The position numbers and the translations under genes were made by a program. The notes below the pieces were generated by a model. That model was not told the DNA's origin. It did not search any database and worked only from the letters and a program-made list of their open reading frames with translations. A DNA stretch of 63,816 nt, the filler included, from Dimorphilus gyrociliatus (lineage: Eukaryota; Animalia; Annelida), in NCBI GenBank assembly GCA_904063045.1. It is 5 parts of 5 records of this genome, joined end to end, with 100 filler letters (N's around TTAATTAATTAA, not from the genome) between each part and the next. Parts side by side here need not be neighbours in the genome. Positions count along the whole stretch, not along the records: positions 1 to 16,580 come from CAJFCJ010000224.1; positions 16,681 to 31,217 come from CAJFCJ010000236.1; 3 more parts are not named here. One strand, given 5' to 3'. This document shows, piece after piece, positions 12,514 through 24,928 of this stretch (position 1 is the first letter of the stretch; each line of letters starts with the position of its first letter).

Positions 12514-13551
12514 GGCCAAATGACATTTTTTTGACAAGGCTCTCTGTTTTTTTATATCATTACTCCAAAATGGTTTTTAATTCTATGCAATTAAAACAGA
12601 AAAAGAAATGATTTTCTAATAAATTTCAACAGTAAATGTGCTAAGAAATATTTTAATCTACTACCAGTTTGTTCTTGTTTTATCTCTTGACATTAAAGCA
12701 AGAATAATTAAGAATATCAAGTATGTCTTGTATTGTCTTGTATTACCTTCAGCTCCAACAACTGAAGCAGAAAAAATACCATTGCAAACTTATCCTACAT
12801 TCAGAAGGAGTGGTGATAGCCTAATTGTCACAAGTCCTAACCTTATGGCGGAAGCGAGGTCTTGAAGGAGTGGGATGATACTGACGAGACAGATTTGTTA
12901 TGTAGTAAAACGTGTTGGCCTTGTTCAAAATAATATTTGTTATACAGGTACTGTTTCACCTACCACTCCAATAGGCCTAGCTACAACTTTGTATTCAATA
13001 ATTCAAATCTGGATTTTTTATAGTTTCATCATGTTCTTAAAATCTTTCATTTATTAGATCCTAGTTCTTTAAGGACTTTTAATAGCAATTTCCTCTTGAG
13101 AAGACTTTCAATCCAAATGGTTTTTAATCACTATTTGTAATTATGCAATACATAACAGTATAGTATCTAAATGATCATCAACCACTACTTGTATTCCCAT
13201 TATCAACTCTAACGTACTTGAAATGTTTTCAACCAGTGAAATTTTGAAAATGGAGAGGTAAAAACTCTCATTTTCCATGGAACTGAAAAGAAATTTTACT
13301 GATTTACATTCGAATTTATTTGTAATACTAGAAATTCACTTTAGAAATGTTTTATAGGATATTTTTTGTTAAATATACTGTATTATCACTCAAGAATTTG
13401 GTTAACAATTATAAATGAGTCATCGAAGTTTTTAGTAATTTGTCTAAGCAAAAAACTTGGAAAAGAAGTTTCGTAACGTGTTTGCAGCAATTGCTCTCTC
13501 AACTTCAATAATAATCCAGCTAGTCAGTGGCTACACTAAACCGTTTAAAAG

Positions 13552-13757
13552 GGATGTTGTTGAAAACGCCCATAGTTTTGTTGTTTTACCCTAATCTTAA
13601 CGCAGCCCTGGACCCTTTTTTAAGTGCTTCATTGTTCTTAACCCTTAGTTTGGACCCACCTAATTGCAAATCACTTGTTGGAATATTTTTCCTAACCCTT
13701 TCCCAACCCAAAATCTTATCCCAAAATAACAGTAAAATGGGCGTTTTTAACAGCCCC
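13552..13757. mobile_element. Mutator-type MITE family 2 (206 bp) with a CCCTAA-like core
   Basis: TIR GTTGAAAACGCCCAT / ATGGGCGTTTTTAAC. 9-bp TSD GTTTAAAAG (13543-13551) / ATTTAAAAG (13758-13766). Internal ACCCTAA, AACCCTTAG and CCTAACCC. Confidence 0.75.
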
Positions 13758-13917
13758 ATTTAAAAGACATCAAAATAAACAATGCTACATTGGTTTATTT
13801 AGAAACATTTCAAATAGAAAAACTCTTCATCATTATGGATGCTATTAATGCTAAAACCTCTCTTAACGAATTCTTCTCCTTCCCCTCTCAGCAGATCAAG
13901 AAAAAAACTGATGTATA

Positions 13918-15151
13918 TAGTGGTCGACAAAAAAATCCGGACACCATAAATTTCGATAGGCCAAACATTATAAATCTTTTTCACCAGCAAAAAAGATTTT
14001 TTTTTTTATTTTTCAGGTATAAAATAGTAGTTTAAAGTTTGATATATACATGAGTTTCTTTTAAATATCATTTAGATAAGTTTTCACATAAGTGTTTTTG
14101 TTTTCTTATTATCCATTTTTTGATGATTTTTTTTCTTATTTGGCCATGAGACTTTAATACTCAGACAATGGTTTGGGGATTAATATTTTTATTATTTTTG
14201 AATATGACAATCCTCATTTGCAATACATTTGCTAATCCTACCTCCCATCCCTGCATATAAATTTGGTAGCAAGTCAGGATTTTGACTTATAACCTGGTAT
14301 GAACATTTTTTTATTTTCTCCCACAGTTCATCCCCAGATTGAAATTGTGCCCCATTGTAAACTAAATTTTTTGTCAGGTGCCACATATTTTCTATAGGGC
14401 TCAGGTCAGGGCTCTTTGCTGGCCAATCAATTGGATTGATACCATTCATTCTAAAGGCCCTCCTAGTTGCTCTTGCTGTGTGACAGCCTGCGTTATCTTG
14501 TTGGAAGATGTAATTCCTGCCCATTTTGAGTGATATCTCTTCAATGACAGGAAGAACATCTTCCACAACAAAACAGCTATAATTTTGGGCAGTCAATTTT
14601 TGACTTATCCTCCAAACTTCAAATACCCCATCTGAGGTTATTAATCCCCACACCATCACTCCACCTCTTCCCATATTTTTGGTGACTCTAAAATTTTTTT
14701 CACCATCTTTTGTCCATGTCCTGAAATCATCAGGCCCACTCAGAGAGAATCTGGCCTCATCTGTGAAAATCACTCTTGACCAGTCCAGATTTTCAGCAAT
14801 TGTTTTGAGGCAGTATTCTTTTCTTCTTGCTCAATCATTAGCTTGCTCAAAAAAATTTCTGTTTGGGATGTTAATTTGAATCCAAAACCGGAAACAAAAC
14901 GGATGTGCGGTTAATAACGTCTCGCAGCCAAATAAAGAAAAAATTAATTAAAATTAGTAAAAATTTTTTCCTATTAATATTCACAAATATGATAATTTTG
15001 TCATTTTTGTTTCAATATTACAGAAATATAACCCTTTATCAATGTAAATTGCCTAAAAAAACTAATTTGAAACTAAAAAACATATTTTTGGGGTGATTTA
15101 AAAATTGGCCTATCAAAATTTACAGTGTCCGGGTTTTTTAGTCCACCATTA
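13918..15151 (-). mobile_element. Full-length Tc1 (DD34E) transposon with a decayed transposase N-terminus
   Basis: About 45-bp TIRs (TAGTGGTCGACAAAAAAATCCGGACACC... / ...GTGTCCGGGTTTTTTAGTCCACCATTA) with TA on both sides. Internal transposase frame. Confidence 0.9.
14192..14773 (-). pseudogene. Tc1 transposase catalytic (DDE_3) domain
   Basis: IFTDEARF, FQQDNAGCH, WPAKSPDLSPIENMW; 34 residues between the second D and the E. An in-frame TGA upstream disrupts the DNA-binding part. Confidence 0.9.
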
Positions 15152-15445
15152 TATTTGCAAAATCAATGCAATAAGTGTGCGCTTAGAAATAATAACATAA
15201 TGATATTTAGACTTTAGATACAATAGAACTTTAGAAAGGCTTTTATTTCGTAGTAATTATAATGGTGAAAGTTTAGAAAAAAATGTTATTTATGGGAATT
15301 ATAATTGACTTTTATTTAGTAGAATTAGATTCCAGAACTGTAAAAAGACATTTTTTCCTAGGAAATAAATTCTTTGACCATAACAGATGGTGCCACTATG
15401 AAATTAACAAAGGAACAAACATTATGGAAAAATGCATGTAAAACT

Positions 15446-16130
15446 TGTTACATCTTATTCAAAAACAGAGGTGGAAGAGGCAGGCTTGTTTTTGCAGTGC
15501 CACATCTTAGCCATAAGTGATGTAATAGTTTTTCATGTTTTTGTTATATGTGCATTATGAGACTGTCAGATTTCAACTTTGTAATCCTTTGACCAAGTGA
15601 ACACAAGCTTTGGTAAATGTATAAAAGAAAATACATTTCCCCAGTTTGGCAGTTCAGTTCTGTAACCATCAGCTGGTTGTTTAAACTTGCTTATTTAGAA
15701 CTAGAAACTCATTTACTCAATTCATATTCTATAAACGAAATACTGGCATTTTGTTGATTAATTTCCACCAAAATTATATTTATTAAGACTACTTGTGGAC
15801 GAATTGAAAGATGCTATTTGTTTTAGTACTTTGGTGAGTTGATAAATGATTGGAAAAGACGAATACTGTTCTGAAGAAGCAGAAATTCGGGGTTGACAGA
15901 AAACGTGCACAAATGAGAAATTTCAAGGCTAGATTTTGGATTGAGAAATAGTTAGGAAGAAGAAGACAGCAAATGATTTGTACTTAGGAGGGTCTCCTCT
16001 AAGGGTTAGGGATAATGCAAAAGGTTAGGTACTGCCAAGGGCTGGGTTAGGGTAAAAACAATCATTTGTGGACGTTTTCTGTCGCATCCTAGAAATTCGT
16101 ACAATTACAATACAACAAAGTACAATAACA
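15446..16130 (+). mobile_element. Solo LTR of the contig-C Gypsy family, interrupted by a MITE
   Basis: Starts TGTTACATCTTAT like 34083. 15640-15888 and 16091-16124 align with ~34270-34537. Ends ...TAACA. Flanks AAACT / AAAAT (4/5 match). Confidence 0.8.
15889..16089. mobile_element. Mutator-type MITE family 1, second copy, nested in the solo LTR
   Basis: TIR GACAGAAAACGTGCACAAAT / ATTTGTGGACGTTTTCTGTC (19/20). TSD CAGAAATTC / TAGAAATTC. The uninterrupted site CAGAAATTC is present once in the intact LTR at ~34503. Confidence 0.88.
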
Positions 16131-16580
16131 AAAATAAAGAAATGAACTTAAACTTTCTAGTCATTAAAAATATGGATTTTTTTTAAAACTCACCAAAGTA
16201 CTCAAACAAATAGCACCTTTCTGTCGCATCTCAATTTTTCTACTTTCAGTTAGTTTACTTTTTCAGTTAATTGTAAGGTCATTAATTAGGTGTTTCGAAG
16301 TAACAAGTGCCAGATCCTGGAGACTCAGTACTTGCTAAACTCTGTATCTTCATTCTCTTGTTTTGTTTCTTTTGGACTTTATCAGTTAGTCTTATCTATA
16401 TTAGACCATCTTACTTACATGCTTTATTCACACTCTCGTGTTTTCTTATACTGCAAAGAACTCATTTAGAATCTATCGTTGGCTGATCAGTTTGTATTGT
16501 CTAGGTTTAAGTTTGAATAGAATCTCATTATTTCATTATTACAATTCTTTTTAATCTTATATTCACTTAATTCAATGCTT

Positions 16581-16680
16581 NNNNNNNNNNNNNNNNNNNN
16601 NNNNNNNNNNNNNNNNNNNNNNNNTTAATTAATTAANNNNNNNNNNNNNNNNNNNNNNNNNNNNNNNNNNNNNNNNNNNN
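16581..16680. other. Artificial contig spacer (44 N + TTAATTAATTAA + 44 N)
   Basis: Exactly 100 bp. The 12-mer places stops in all six frames. Identical to the three other spacers. Confidence 0.98.
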
Positions 16681-17077
16681 AAAATTGATCTACATTACTG
16701 ATAGCCAAATCCCTGAAACCTGTATTGATGTTTCACTGCCTACAGAGTTTAGTTTAAGACTACCATGGCCATCTGTTGGCCAGGTTAAAACTAATTTCTA
16801 TATTGAAGTTTTTGGACATAACCTCAAAAAGTGTATTAATAACTCTGAAAAACTCTCATCTGCAGGAGTTTTGCTTTACACCCCACGAAACATTCAAAAC
16901 GATCCACTCTTTTCCGGGTCATTTTTCGGTTGTTCTCTAGTATCTGGGGACAATACTTCCAGCTGCAAATATTTCTGCAATTGCGGTGTACAGCATTGTC
17001 AAGCAGTTTATATTAAAGCTTTCGAAGATGAAAGTAAAAACATGAAAATCTGTCATTATCTAATCAGTATCCCATAA
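16681..17077 (+). CDS. 5'-truncated last exon of an unknown Cys-rich extracellular protein
   Basis: Open from the contig start. C-terminal pattern C.L...C.Y.C.C...C..VYI......KICH resembles C-terminal modules of lophotrochozoan secreted proteins. Confidence 0.5.
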
Positions 17078-17316
17078 TCTTTCTCTAAACCACCTTAAAA
17101 ATCTGCTATAACTCACAGTCTCGATTAAATCGCAGATTATCAAATGATATTTGTGAATACTACTCACATTTTAGACAAAATCTTTGCTGTGCTTTGTGTG
17201 CAAACTTCCTACCAATAGAAAAATGTAAAAAATGTCTCTGTATTGTTGCTTTATTAATATTTATTTCTATTTTGCATTGCAATTACTATTTGAGATTTAT
17301 TGCATTGAGAAGATAT

Positions 17317-17670
17317 TAGGACAGGACATTTAGGCCCATTTTAGGACATGTAGGCCCACATTTTTTAAATTTCAATATATTTTTTAATTATATGAAATTA
17401 TTAAAAAAAACCAGTAATTCAGTTTCAGAATATTTCCTGAGTAATTTTACCAGTTTCCTCTATTCTCAAATTATATTTTGTTTTTTTTTTAATATTTCCT
17501 TTTCCGGTTTCGGTAAAAATCAGAAGGTACATGTGCTTTCTTCAATTTTTCATAGGAATTAATAATATAAATTTGAAAAACTGTTGGAAATATGGATCGT
17601 GATTCCAGATTTAACAAAAACTTGAAGATAGGTTAACTTGTCCATAAATGGTCCGAAATGTCACTGTTCC
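17317..17670. mobile_element. Mutator-type MITE family 3 (~350 bp)
   Basis: Imperfect TIR GGACAGGACATTTAGGCCCATTTTAGGAC versus the reverse complement of GTCCATAAATGGTCCGAAATGTCACTGTTCC. 9-bp direct repeat AGAAGATAT at 17308-17316 and 17671-17679. Confidence 0.75.
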
Positions 17671-17819
17671 AGAAGATATCAAATTACTAATTTTGCAGGA
17701 AATCCATAAGGAGAGAGATAACAGGTCACTTGAGACATTATCAGTTAGTTCATTTAGAGCCTAAATGCACAAATTATTATTGATTTAAGTATTTATAAAC
17801 ATAAGTTTGCTTGAAAAGT

Positions 17820-18070
17820 AATTTGTAAGCTTTTTTCTTTTTTGAAGTTAGGACTGCAAAAAGCATTGGTACTTGCTTTAATTCTCCATTTTCTTTAGAA
17901 AGCCATGTATTGAAAACATTTGAAGAAATGAATCTTTAGCAATTTTAAAAGTACCATCCACATACCATATTTTACCTTAGACAAGAGTTTTAACTGATGT
18001 TCAGTTGCAAAAATTAATATTTCATGATTTAAATGAATTTCTTTCTTCAAAAATCCAAATGGACTGAAAG
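17820..18070 (-). pseudogene. Degenerate MULE transposase, N-terminal part of the catalytic domain (not in the ORF track)
   Basis: Frameshifted minus-strand reading gives ILIFATEHQLKLL..WYVDGTFKIAKDSFLQMFSIHGF..KQVPMLFAVLTSKRK, matching the MULE first-D motif DGTFK. Confidence 0.75.
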
Positions 18071-18679
18071 TTTACATCATTAGGTTCAGCTTGTCCACTT
18101 TTTCACCTGCTGTAGTTTTCTACTTTATTGCAGTTAATTTAAAAAGCAATTTCAATTGCTTTCTCTTGAAAGTCATTACCTTCTGTAATAGAAGTTGTAT
18201 CCATTGTAGTTACTTCAATTTCATAGTTGTTGGTAATTTCACCATCATTGATGACGTTTCCAGTTTCCATTAGACATTCAACAAAACCCTCTAAATTTTA
18301 GATATTTGATAACGCTTTATGTGGCAGTCTTTAAAACGGAGAGAGCATTTGCCTTTGATTTGTTTTTCAGTGAATTGATTTTGACAAATAAAACATATAA
18401 TTTCAATTTTTATAAATCTCTAAATAATTTTCAAGAAAACTCGGAAAATAATTTATATTAACAAGATACCTGATATTTTTAATTATCTAAAGTAGATGTA
18501 CTATAGGATTGTAGAAATAAAAAAGTCAATGTTACCATTATCTCATACAATCTAATATAAGTTTCATAAAAAAATCTTTTAAATATTTTAAAGATAAGTA
18601 TTGGTTATCATTTAGCGAACGTTTTCCGTCTGTTTTCTATGTAAACTCATATTTATAACAGTATATACTTTCAGTTGTC

Positions 18680-19750
18680 TCATAATTTCTTGTTCCACTT
18701 TTTCCATATTGATATGATTAATTCGTGCAAAGCTATAGGATTTTTATTGGCTGCTATCATTCTTAAAAGAAAAATTCCATCTCTACCTAAATATATAATA
18801 AAATTTTCTAATTTATACTCAAAATCACAATCGTTTTCATTATATTCCATGGAAATGTGCTTTTTAATATAGTCTTTCGAATTAACGAAGCATTTTAACA
18901 GCCATTTTATAATTGAAATTGCCTGAACAATGAACAGAAATACAATCCAAAACCATAGAAAGATAAATATTTTTTCATTGAATAAATTAATAGATAGAAT
19001 ACATTGAACAGTATATGGTTGAACATTTCCCAATGTTCTTATCTTAAAGTTGCATAGGGTAACCTTCGGAAATCTTGGACTTGCTGGCTCAGCACCAGTC
19101 GAAAATTGCCTTAAAACTTCCATTCCGTACAGATGGAATGAATAGCCAAGAAAAAGATTCATCAAGAACATTTGAGCTAAAGCATCTAAACAAAAAGATA
19201 CTTTTATGCTTATGTAGAGAAAAGTCAAAAAGTTTCTACTCTTCTTATTGCAAAAACAGGCAGGAAATTCTTGCTCTCTCAAAGATGTTCTTGCATGAAC
19301 ACCAAGATATCTGTCTATCTGTTCAGTTTGTAATCTAATATCGCTCTCTTCCATCAATGATTGAATATTTATACCGGATTTCACATTCATCATTCTCCAC
19401 ATGATAACTGGCATATGAAAAAATAAAGCTGATAGTAGAAATATAATTGGTACCCATTGATAATAGGAAATTTCATCCATTCTTTTAACTGGTAATTTTT
19501 CATTAAAATCAACGTAATAGGTATTTTTTATCCAGCAATAACTATTGACGTATTCCAGCCAATTGTCAGTAAATTCGCGAGGAACCCAACAATTAATTGG
19601 GTCACCAACGAATTGGGTTGTAGATACAATAAACGCAAAAATTACAAGTAAACTTGTTGTATATTTATAGAAGAGTCTATCAATAGAATCGTCATCATAA
19701 TGATTTTTTATGTTTAATACATTATCGAAAATTTTAAAAATGCTATCCAT
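18680..19750 (-). CDS. inx: Innexin (gap-junction/pannexin family), intronless, 356 aa
   Basis: GDPINCWVP, YVNSYCWI, YYQWVPIIF, FPKVTLCNF, QCILSINLFNEKIFIFLWFW; four TM segments. Confidence 0.95.
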   Translation of the reverse strand: MDSIFKIFDNVLNIKNHYDDDSIDRLFYKYTTSLLVIFAFIVSTTQFVGDPINCWVPREFTDNWLEYVNSYCWIKNTYYVDFNEKLPVKRMDEISYYQWVPIIFLLSALFFHMPVIMWRMMNVKSGINIQSLMEESDIRLQTEQIDRYLGVHARTSLREQEFPACFCNKKSRNFLTFLYISIKVSFCLDALAQMFLMNLFLGYSFHLYGMEVLRQFSTGAEPASPRFPKVTLCNFKIRTLGNVQPYTVQCILSINLFNEKIFIFLWFWIVFLFIVQAISIIKWLLKCFVNSKDYIKKHISMEYNENDCDFEYKLENFIIYLGRDGIFLLRMIAANKNPIALHELIISIWKKWNKKL

Positions 19751-21820
19751 ATTTATCCTTGTTAGTACTTATAGACTAACACTACTCAGAGCCAACAAAA
19801 TGAACAGCTTGAAGACTCACCAATTCATCTCTTGTTATCTTATCTGGCGATTATGTGGAAAAAACTTAAAATATCTATAAGAATTTGTTATTTTATCTGA
19901 AATGCAAAACACCATCTCATAAAACTCATCGTCATAATCGTAAAGATCTTTGAAATATCAAAGTAGATAAAATTTGTATCACGAGATATTTCCTGTAAAT
20001 ACAGTTGAAATAGCATGCACATTGCAGTTGATTGTGAAGTGAAGGAGAAAAAAAGATTTTTATCACAGGTATAAATGGACCATATGGAATTCTATTCAAT
20101 AGATTCGCAGAGGAAAGAATTACACTCTGTGCAATGCTTTAATATTCCTTATATTATCACTTATTTATTGCTTCGTTATGCTATTTGGTATGTTTGGCAA
20201 TGTTGTTAACCTACTTTATTTAATTAAACAATACTGTCACTAATGTGTCAAAATAGTTTTATACTTAAATATGTTGTCTGGATTGTCCTAATTTTCCAGT
20301 TCAATATCATTACCACTAACTTGTATTCGTGGCATATAAAACCATTTTATACCAATAAGAAATCCATTAGTTTGCTGTATTTTCCTAACAATGCTGTATA
20401 TATATAATATATATAATATTTCCCTGGATATCATTGAGTACTCTCTTATTAATCTTATTAAATTTTATCATTCATCTCTTCTTCATTTGCATTTAATATT
20501 CTCATGATTTTCATATTATTTTATGCAATCATGTTTTATTGTTTAAAAAAACAGAATAATACCATTTTGAATATAGAATTTTGAACTTTAACTCTTTCAT
20601 TATCACCAACATCATCTTCATCCTTTGATATGAAAATTAAATTCTTATTAAGAAATTATACTTTTCTTCTGATTCCAATAATCCTATCGTGAATAGGACT
20701 ACTTCAATAAAAGGAATGCTCTATCACATTGCCAATATTACTAATACCATTAATTAATCGTTTATGATATTAAATTGAAATCAATTAGGGAAAATTTTGA
20801 AATTATAGCTTGTTAAATTATAATTTTTGTAAGCCTATTAAACAATAATAGACTGTAAAAATCTCGATTTAATTGAATAATCTCTTTTTTGATTTGTTTT
20901 GTCTGTCAATTTCGTCATTTTTTTGAAACAGACTCTAATGCTTTATTAAATTAAAAAAAAAAGGATTCGTACCGAGTGATGAGGTTTGTTATCAATATAG
21001 ATTACTTAAGGAAATCCTACATAGGTTGAGGAGAATAAAGGATATTTACCATTCACAAGATAAGATATCAATCGGAAATATTGTAAGTTAATGTCTCTTG
21101 AATGGAGATAAAAAGAACAAAGAGCATTGTAATCAAGTAGCTTGCATCAAATTATCAAAGGATCGTTTTTGTCCTTTTCCTTAGATTATAATAATAATTT
21201 ATAATTCACATATCTCAAGTGTACTACTTCAGAGAATTACCGTGAGTACAGATATTGCTGATGAATATATATTGCGGGATTAAAGTTCATTATTTTCTCT
21301 GCTGTTATGTTATCAGACTCTAAATATCTAGATATAAAAAGTTAGAAATTCCTGTACATGCTTTTTTTATATTGTTTCATTCTGTCAAATAAATAATTTA
21401 AATAACATCAATTTAATGGATGTTTATTTAATTAATACTTACTACATTGTTCTCATTTGCAGACTTTTTCTTGTAATCAAACGTATAAACTCTCATTTTC
21501 AGGTCACTAGCTAAAAACACCTTCTGATAAATTTAAAACAATCGTCTAGTTTCTTATTTGTTTTTTGTTTGTTATGCAAAGTGAAAAACTTGAATTCTTA
21601 TACTTACTTAAAATACAATGTCTGAAAATTCAATTCACTTTCAATTGCAACAGAATTTTGATGGCAAAATTTTAAAGCTTGAACAACATTCTTTAATAAT
21701 TTGATGTACAATTTACTGTTCAATTCAACGCTGTTGAACTGATTGTGAATGACATGTTGATTTATTAGAAAGTGTTTTTATTGTAAAATCATAAGCTGGA
21801 CTTTATTTAACGGTTTATTT

Positions 21821-21857
<37 letters not shown>

Positions 21858-21864
21858 ATGTGTG
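21821..21864. repeat. Compound microsatellite (TG)n(TATG)n
   Basis: Read directly from the sequence. Confidence 0.95.
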
Positions 21865-23959
21865 ATTAAGGGAGAAAGAGTTACATTTATCCCAATGATA
21901 AAAAGTTGCCTAAGGATTTTTACCAAGTAGAAGAATAGATAGAGATTTAGTGAAATTATCCATGAAATGTCAGCTGAATAGTATGTTATTGGTAAATGTA
22001 ATGTAGGAATGAATTTTCCTGTCCAACGCTCGCAGTAATAAAATAATGATTGAAAGAGCTGTCGCTGATCGAATGTCCTACAGATGTCGCCTTCCTACCA
22101 TATTTCATGGAACTTTAGGTAATTGTTACCTAAGTACATACCAGCGCCATCAACCGTTAAAGAAAGAAATGAAAAAAAAACAGGCTGGAAAATGTAAGCG
22201 GTACCTTTTAGTACAAACTGGGAATTAAGATTTGAACAACTAGGGAGATAACGTGACAGGATAAACTGATTAATCCATGAAATAGGAATACTGCACTCTC
22301 AACAAAGAATTCAATAAACTTAAACAGGAATTGGAAACATTCAAGCCAAACTCAAGCAATTTCATAGTATTCGATTAGATTACAAATAGATGTTACCGAT
22401 AGGACAAAAGAAAGTACCCGGGACCCTATCAGTTGTATACAATCCTTATCTAGGGGCTTAACAAACTGGTGAAACTAGTTGATAAAAAATGGTAAAAGCA
22501 ACCCATGTCTAGAAGCTTCACACTTGTTTACAGTTTATAAAAAGTTAACAAAAGTATAAGCAATTGTATAAACTCAGGGTACACGTCGCGATGCTATACG
22601 GTTCTGAATCAACCTATGATTCTACATTTTACAATACATTGTATAATCAGCTAGAAACACCTGATACTTTTCCAATCTAGTCATTACTTCCGCATATTTA
22701 AATCCGAAGTATTAAAGTACAACTTCATGTTCTACACAATGAAGAAAGCTAAAACTTCCCAACTAATGTCTTTTTGATATTCTATTTGAAAAATTCCAGT
22801 AAAACTTTGATTCGAATGCTTTTGGCCTAAAATAAGAATTATCTTTTACAAATGTACAAGCAATGCCAAATTATCTTTTTAAATAAATAATAAGATTAAA
22901 TATAGAAGAAAAGACCTACAAAAAACCGATCAACAAGACATGAACTAATTATGACACGCTTACTTTTACAGTCTAAATCTGAAAATATTTCTTTTTCAAA
23001 CTATCAAAAATCCATTTGCAAATTAATTTTTGTGCTTTATTAAAGAACGGAAGTAATAACAACAAAATATTAAAACTAATCCTAGTTAAATAGGGTTGTG
23101 CAAGTATAAAGGAATATTTTTCTGCTTTATATTCAATCGAGATGTCTATTAAAAGAATTGTGTTCAATTTTCTTCTTCTATTCAAGCTTCTTGAATTATA
23201 GAAACCTTTCAGTTGGAAAAATGAACATTGATATTTAATTTTATTAGCAAAAGTACTGGTGTTTTTTTCTTTTATCAATTTGACTTTTATTAGTTTAGTG
23301 ATATCATTCAATTTTGATCAAAATGTATATTTTTCTTTTTTTTTTATTTATTATTTATCGAGGAATTGTTTACTTTTGCAAAATTTAAATTATTCGCAAT
23401 GACCTTGACTTGTTTAATTTTTCTGTCATGAGATAAAAATAATCAAAATTTCTTATATGTATATCATAGAGATTGTAATTTGCCTTTAAAGAGCAATATC
23501 TGAATTAGAGGAATATATTTACTTATATATTTAAATCATATGTAAATGAGTAATGATATAGGCCTGTATGAACCCTTTTTAAGGTATTTGATTATTGTTC
23601 CTTTATTACTTATGTTATTAAGCAAAAAACAAATGGGGAAATGTTAAGTATTTTGAACAAACGCTGCCATTTTAAATTATTACAAATTTCATAAAATTTT
23701 GGCAGATGACGCAATTTGCAGTATGACCATTAGTTTCTTTAATAGATAAGGGAACCATAAAAGTATCACAACTCAGCTCTCAATGTATTATATCACTTAT
23801 ATTGCTTGTCTTGTGTTTTTGGAATGTGTTGAATAAAGGAATGCATAAATGAATATTCTCTCTTGCTATCTCTCTTCCATTTGTATTTTAAGTTATCTTA
23901 TTTCATCAGTGTTAACTTCAAAACCGATTTAGGTTGGTTCAAAGCTGGATAAGACCATA

Positions 23960-24928
23960 CAGTCGCGATATTAAGTAATTATAACAAGAGTAAAAATATC
24001 TAAAATTCGAAATATCTTGATTTACAAATGAAGTTTATGGTTAGGAATAATTTTTTCTGTAAGAGAGATGACTTATGAGGCATCAGGCAAAATTTTTTAA
24101 AATATCTATATTTTAATGATCAGTTTTTTACTCTTTTTTTTACAATACTATGAATTTAGACCGCTATTAAGTAATTATAACAAATCAATCAGGTCCATCA
24201 AAAGTACTTTTTTTATTTTACTTATACATTTTTAGATAGGCAAATGATTGTAAATGATAAAATTTTCAAATTTAATACTTGGTATGTATGCCTTTTGTCT
24301 TTCTTACTGCATTTAGCCTCCTTTCAATAGAGGCATACAATCCCTGTATCTCAAAATTTGATATTTTGAAAAATTCCTTCTCAAAAATTTCCCACAGCTC
24401 TTTCAAATTTCTCCTGGCGATTTTATGTGGTCTACCAGACATATGCAGGTCATTTATTGTTTTAAATTGCTTGAACTGATTCTTTATATTCTGCACTGTA
24501 ACTGGGCTGCAATTAAATTTTGGTGTTATGCCTTGAATGGTCAATTTTGGCCTGCTTAAGTGGAAGAGGATATCTTTGCAGATTTCTAAAGATAGCTGAT
24601 GCATTTTTTAATATTTCCAAAAGAATTGTATGTTGTAAGTTCAAGGGAACAATATTTGTAGACCAAATTTTTTTTCAATGATACTACTCATAATTATGAG
24701 GTCATAATGATGATGTTATCATTACTTAATAGCTGTCTAAATTCATAGTATGGTAAAAAAGAAAGATAAATTGATTCTTAAAATATAGATATTTATTTTC
24801 CATCATGTTTCACAAGTCATCTATCCTATACAAAAAAATATTCACAATCATACACTTTATTCCTAAATCAAAATATTTTGATTTTTAGACATTTTTACTC
24901 TTCTTATAATTACTTAATATCGCAACTG
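23960..24928 (-). mobile_element. Internally deleted Tc1 element with long IR/DR-type TIRs
   Basis: TA|CAGTCGCGATATTAAGTAATTATAAC... and ...TTATAATTACTTAATATCGCAACTG|TA. About 220-bp inverted arms, each with TATTAAGTAAT(T/G)ATAA at both ends. Residual ORF 24272-24604 has a paired-like HTH and SGRPHK but no DDE domain. Confidence 0.85.

Noticed and set aside
2761-13057. Stop-codon reassignment or selenocysteine explaining scattered in-frame stops
   Set aside because: All three stop types occur, and long ORFs (GPCR, innexin, pol, ORFan) have none internally and end normally. No Sec-typical context was seen.
12638-13057. Small membrane-anchored protein gene after MOXD1
   Set aside because: Has a hydrophobic start and end, but an in-frame TGA and no consistent splice model; product unrecognisable.
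16625-16636. TTAATTAATTAA as a biological site (PacI, homing or recombination site)
   Set aside because: It is always centred between two 44-N runs and is a six-frame-stop linker.
22380-22450. Gypsy integrase GPY/F relic (KYPGPYQ)
   Set aside because: Only a 7-residue match in a stop-ridden region; too weak to call.
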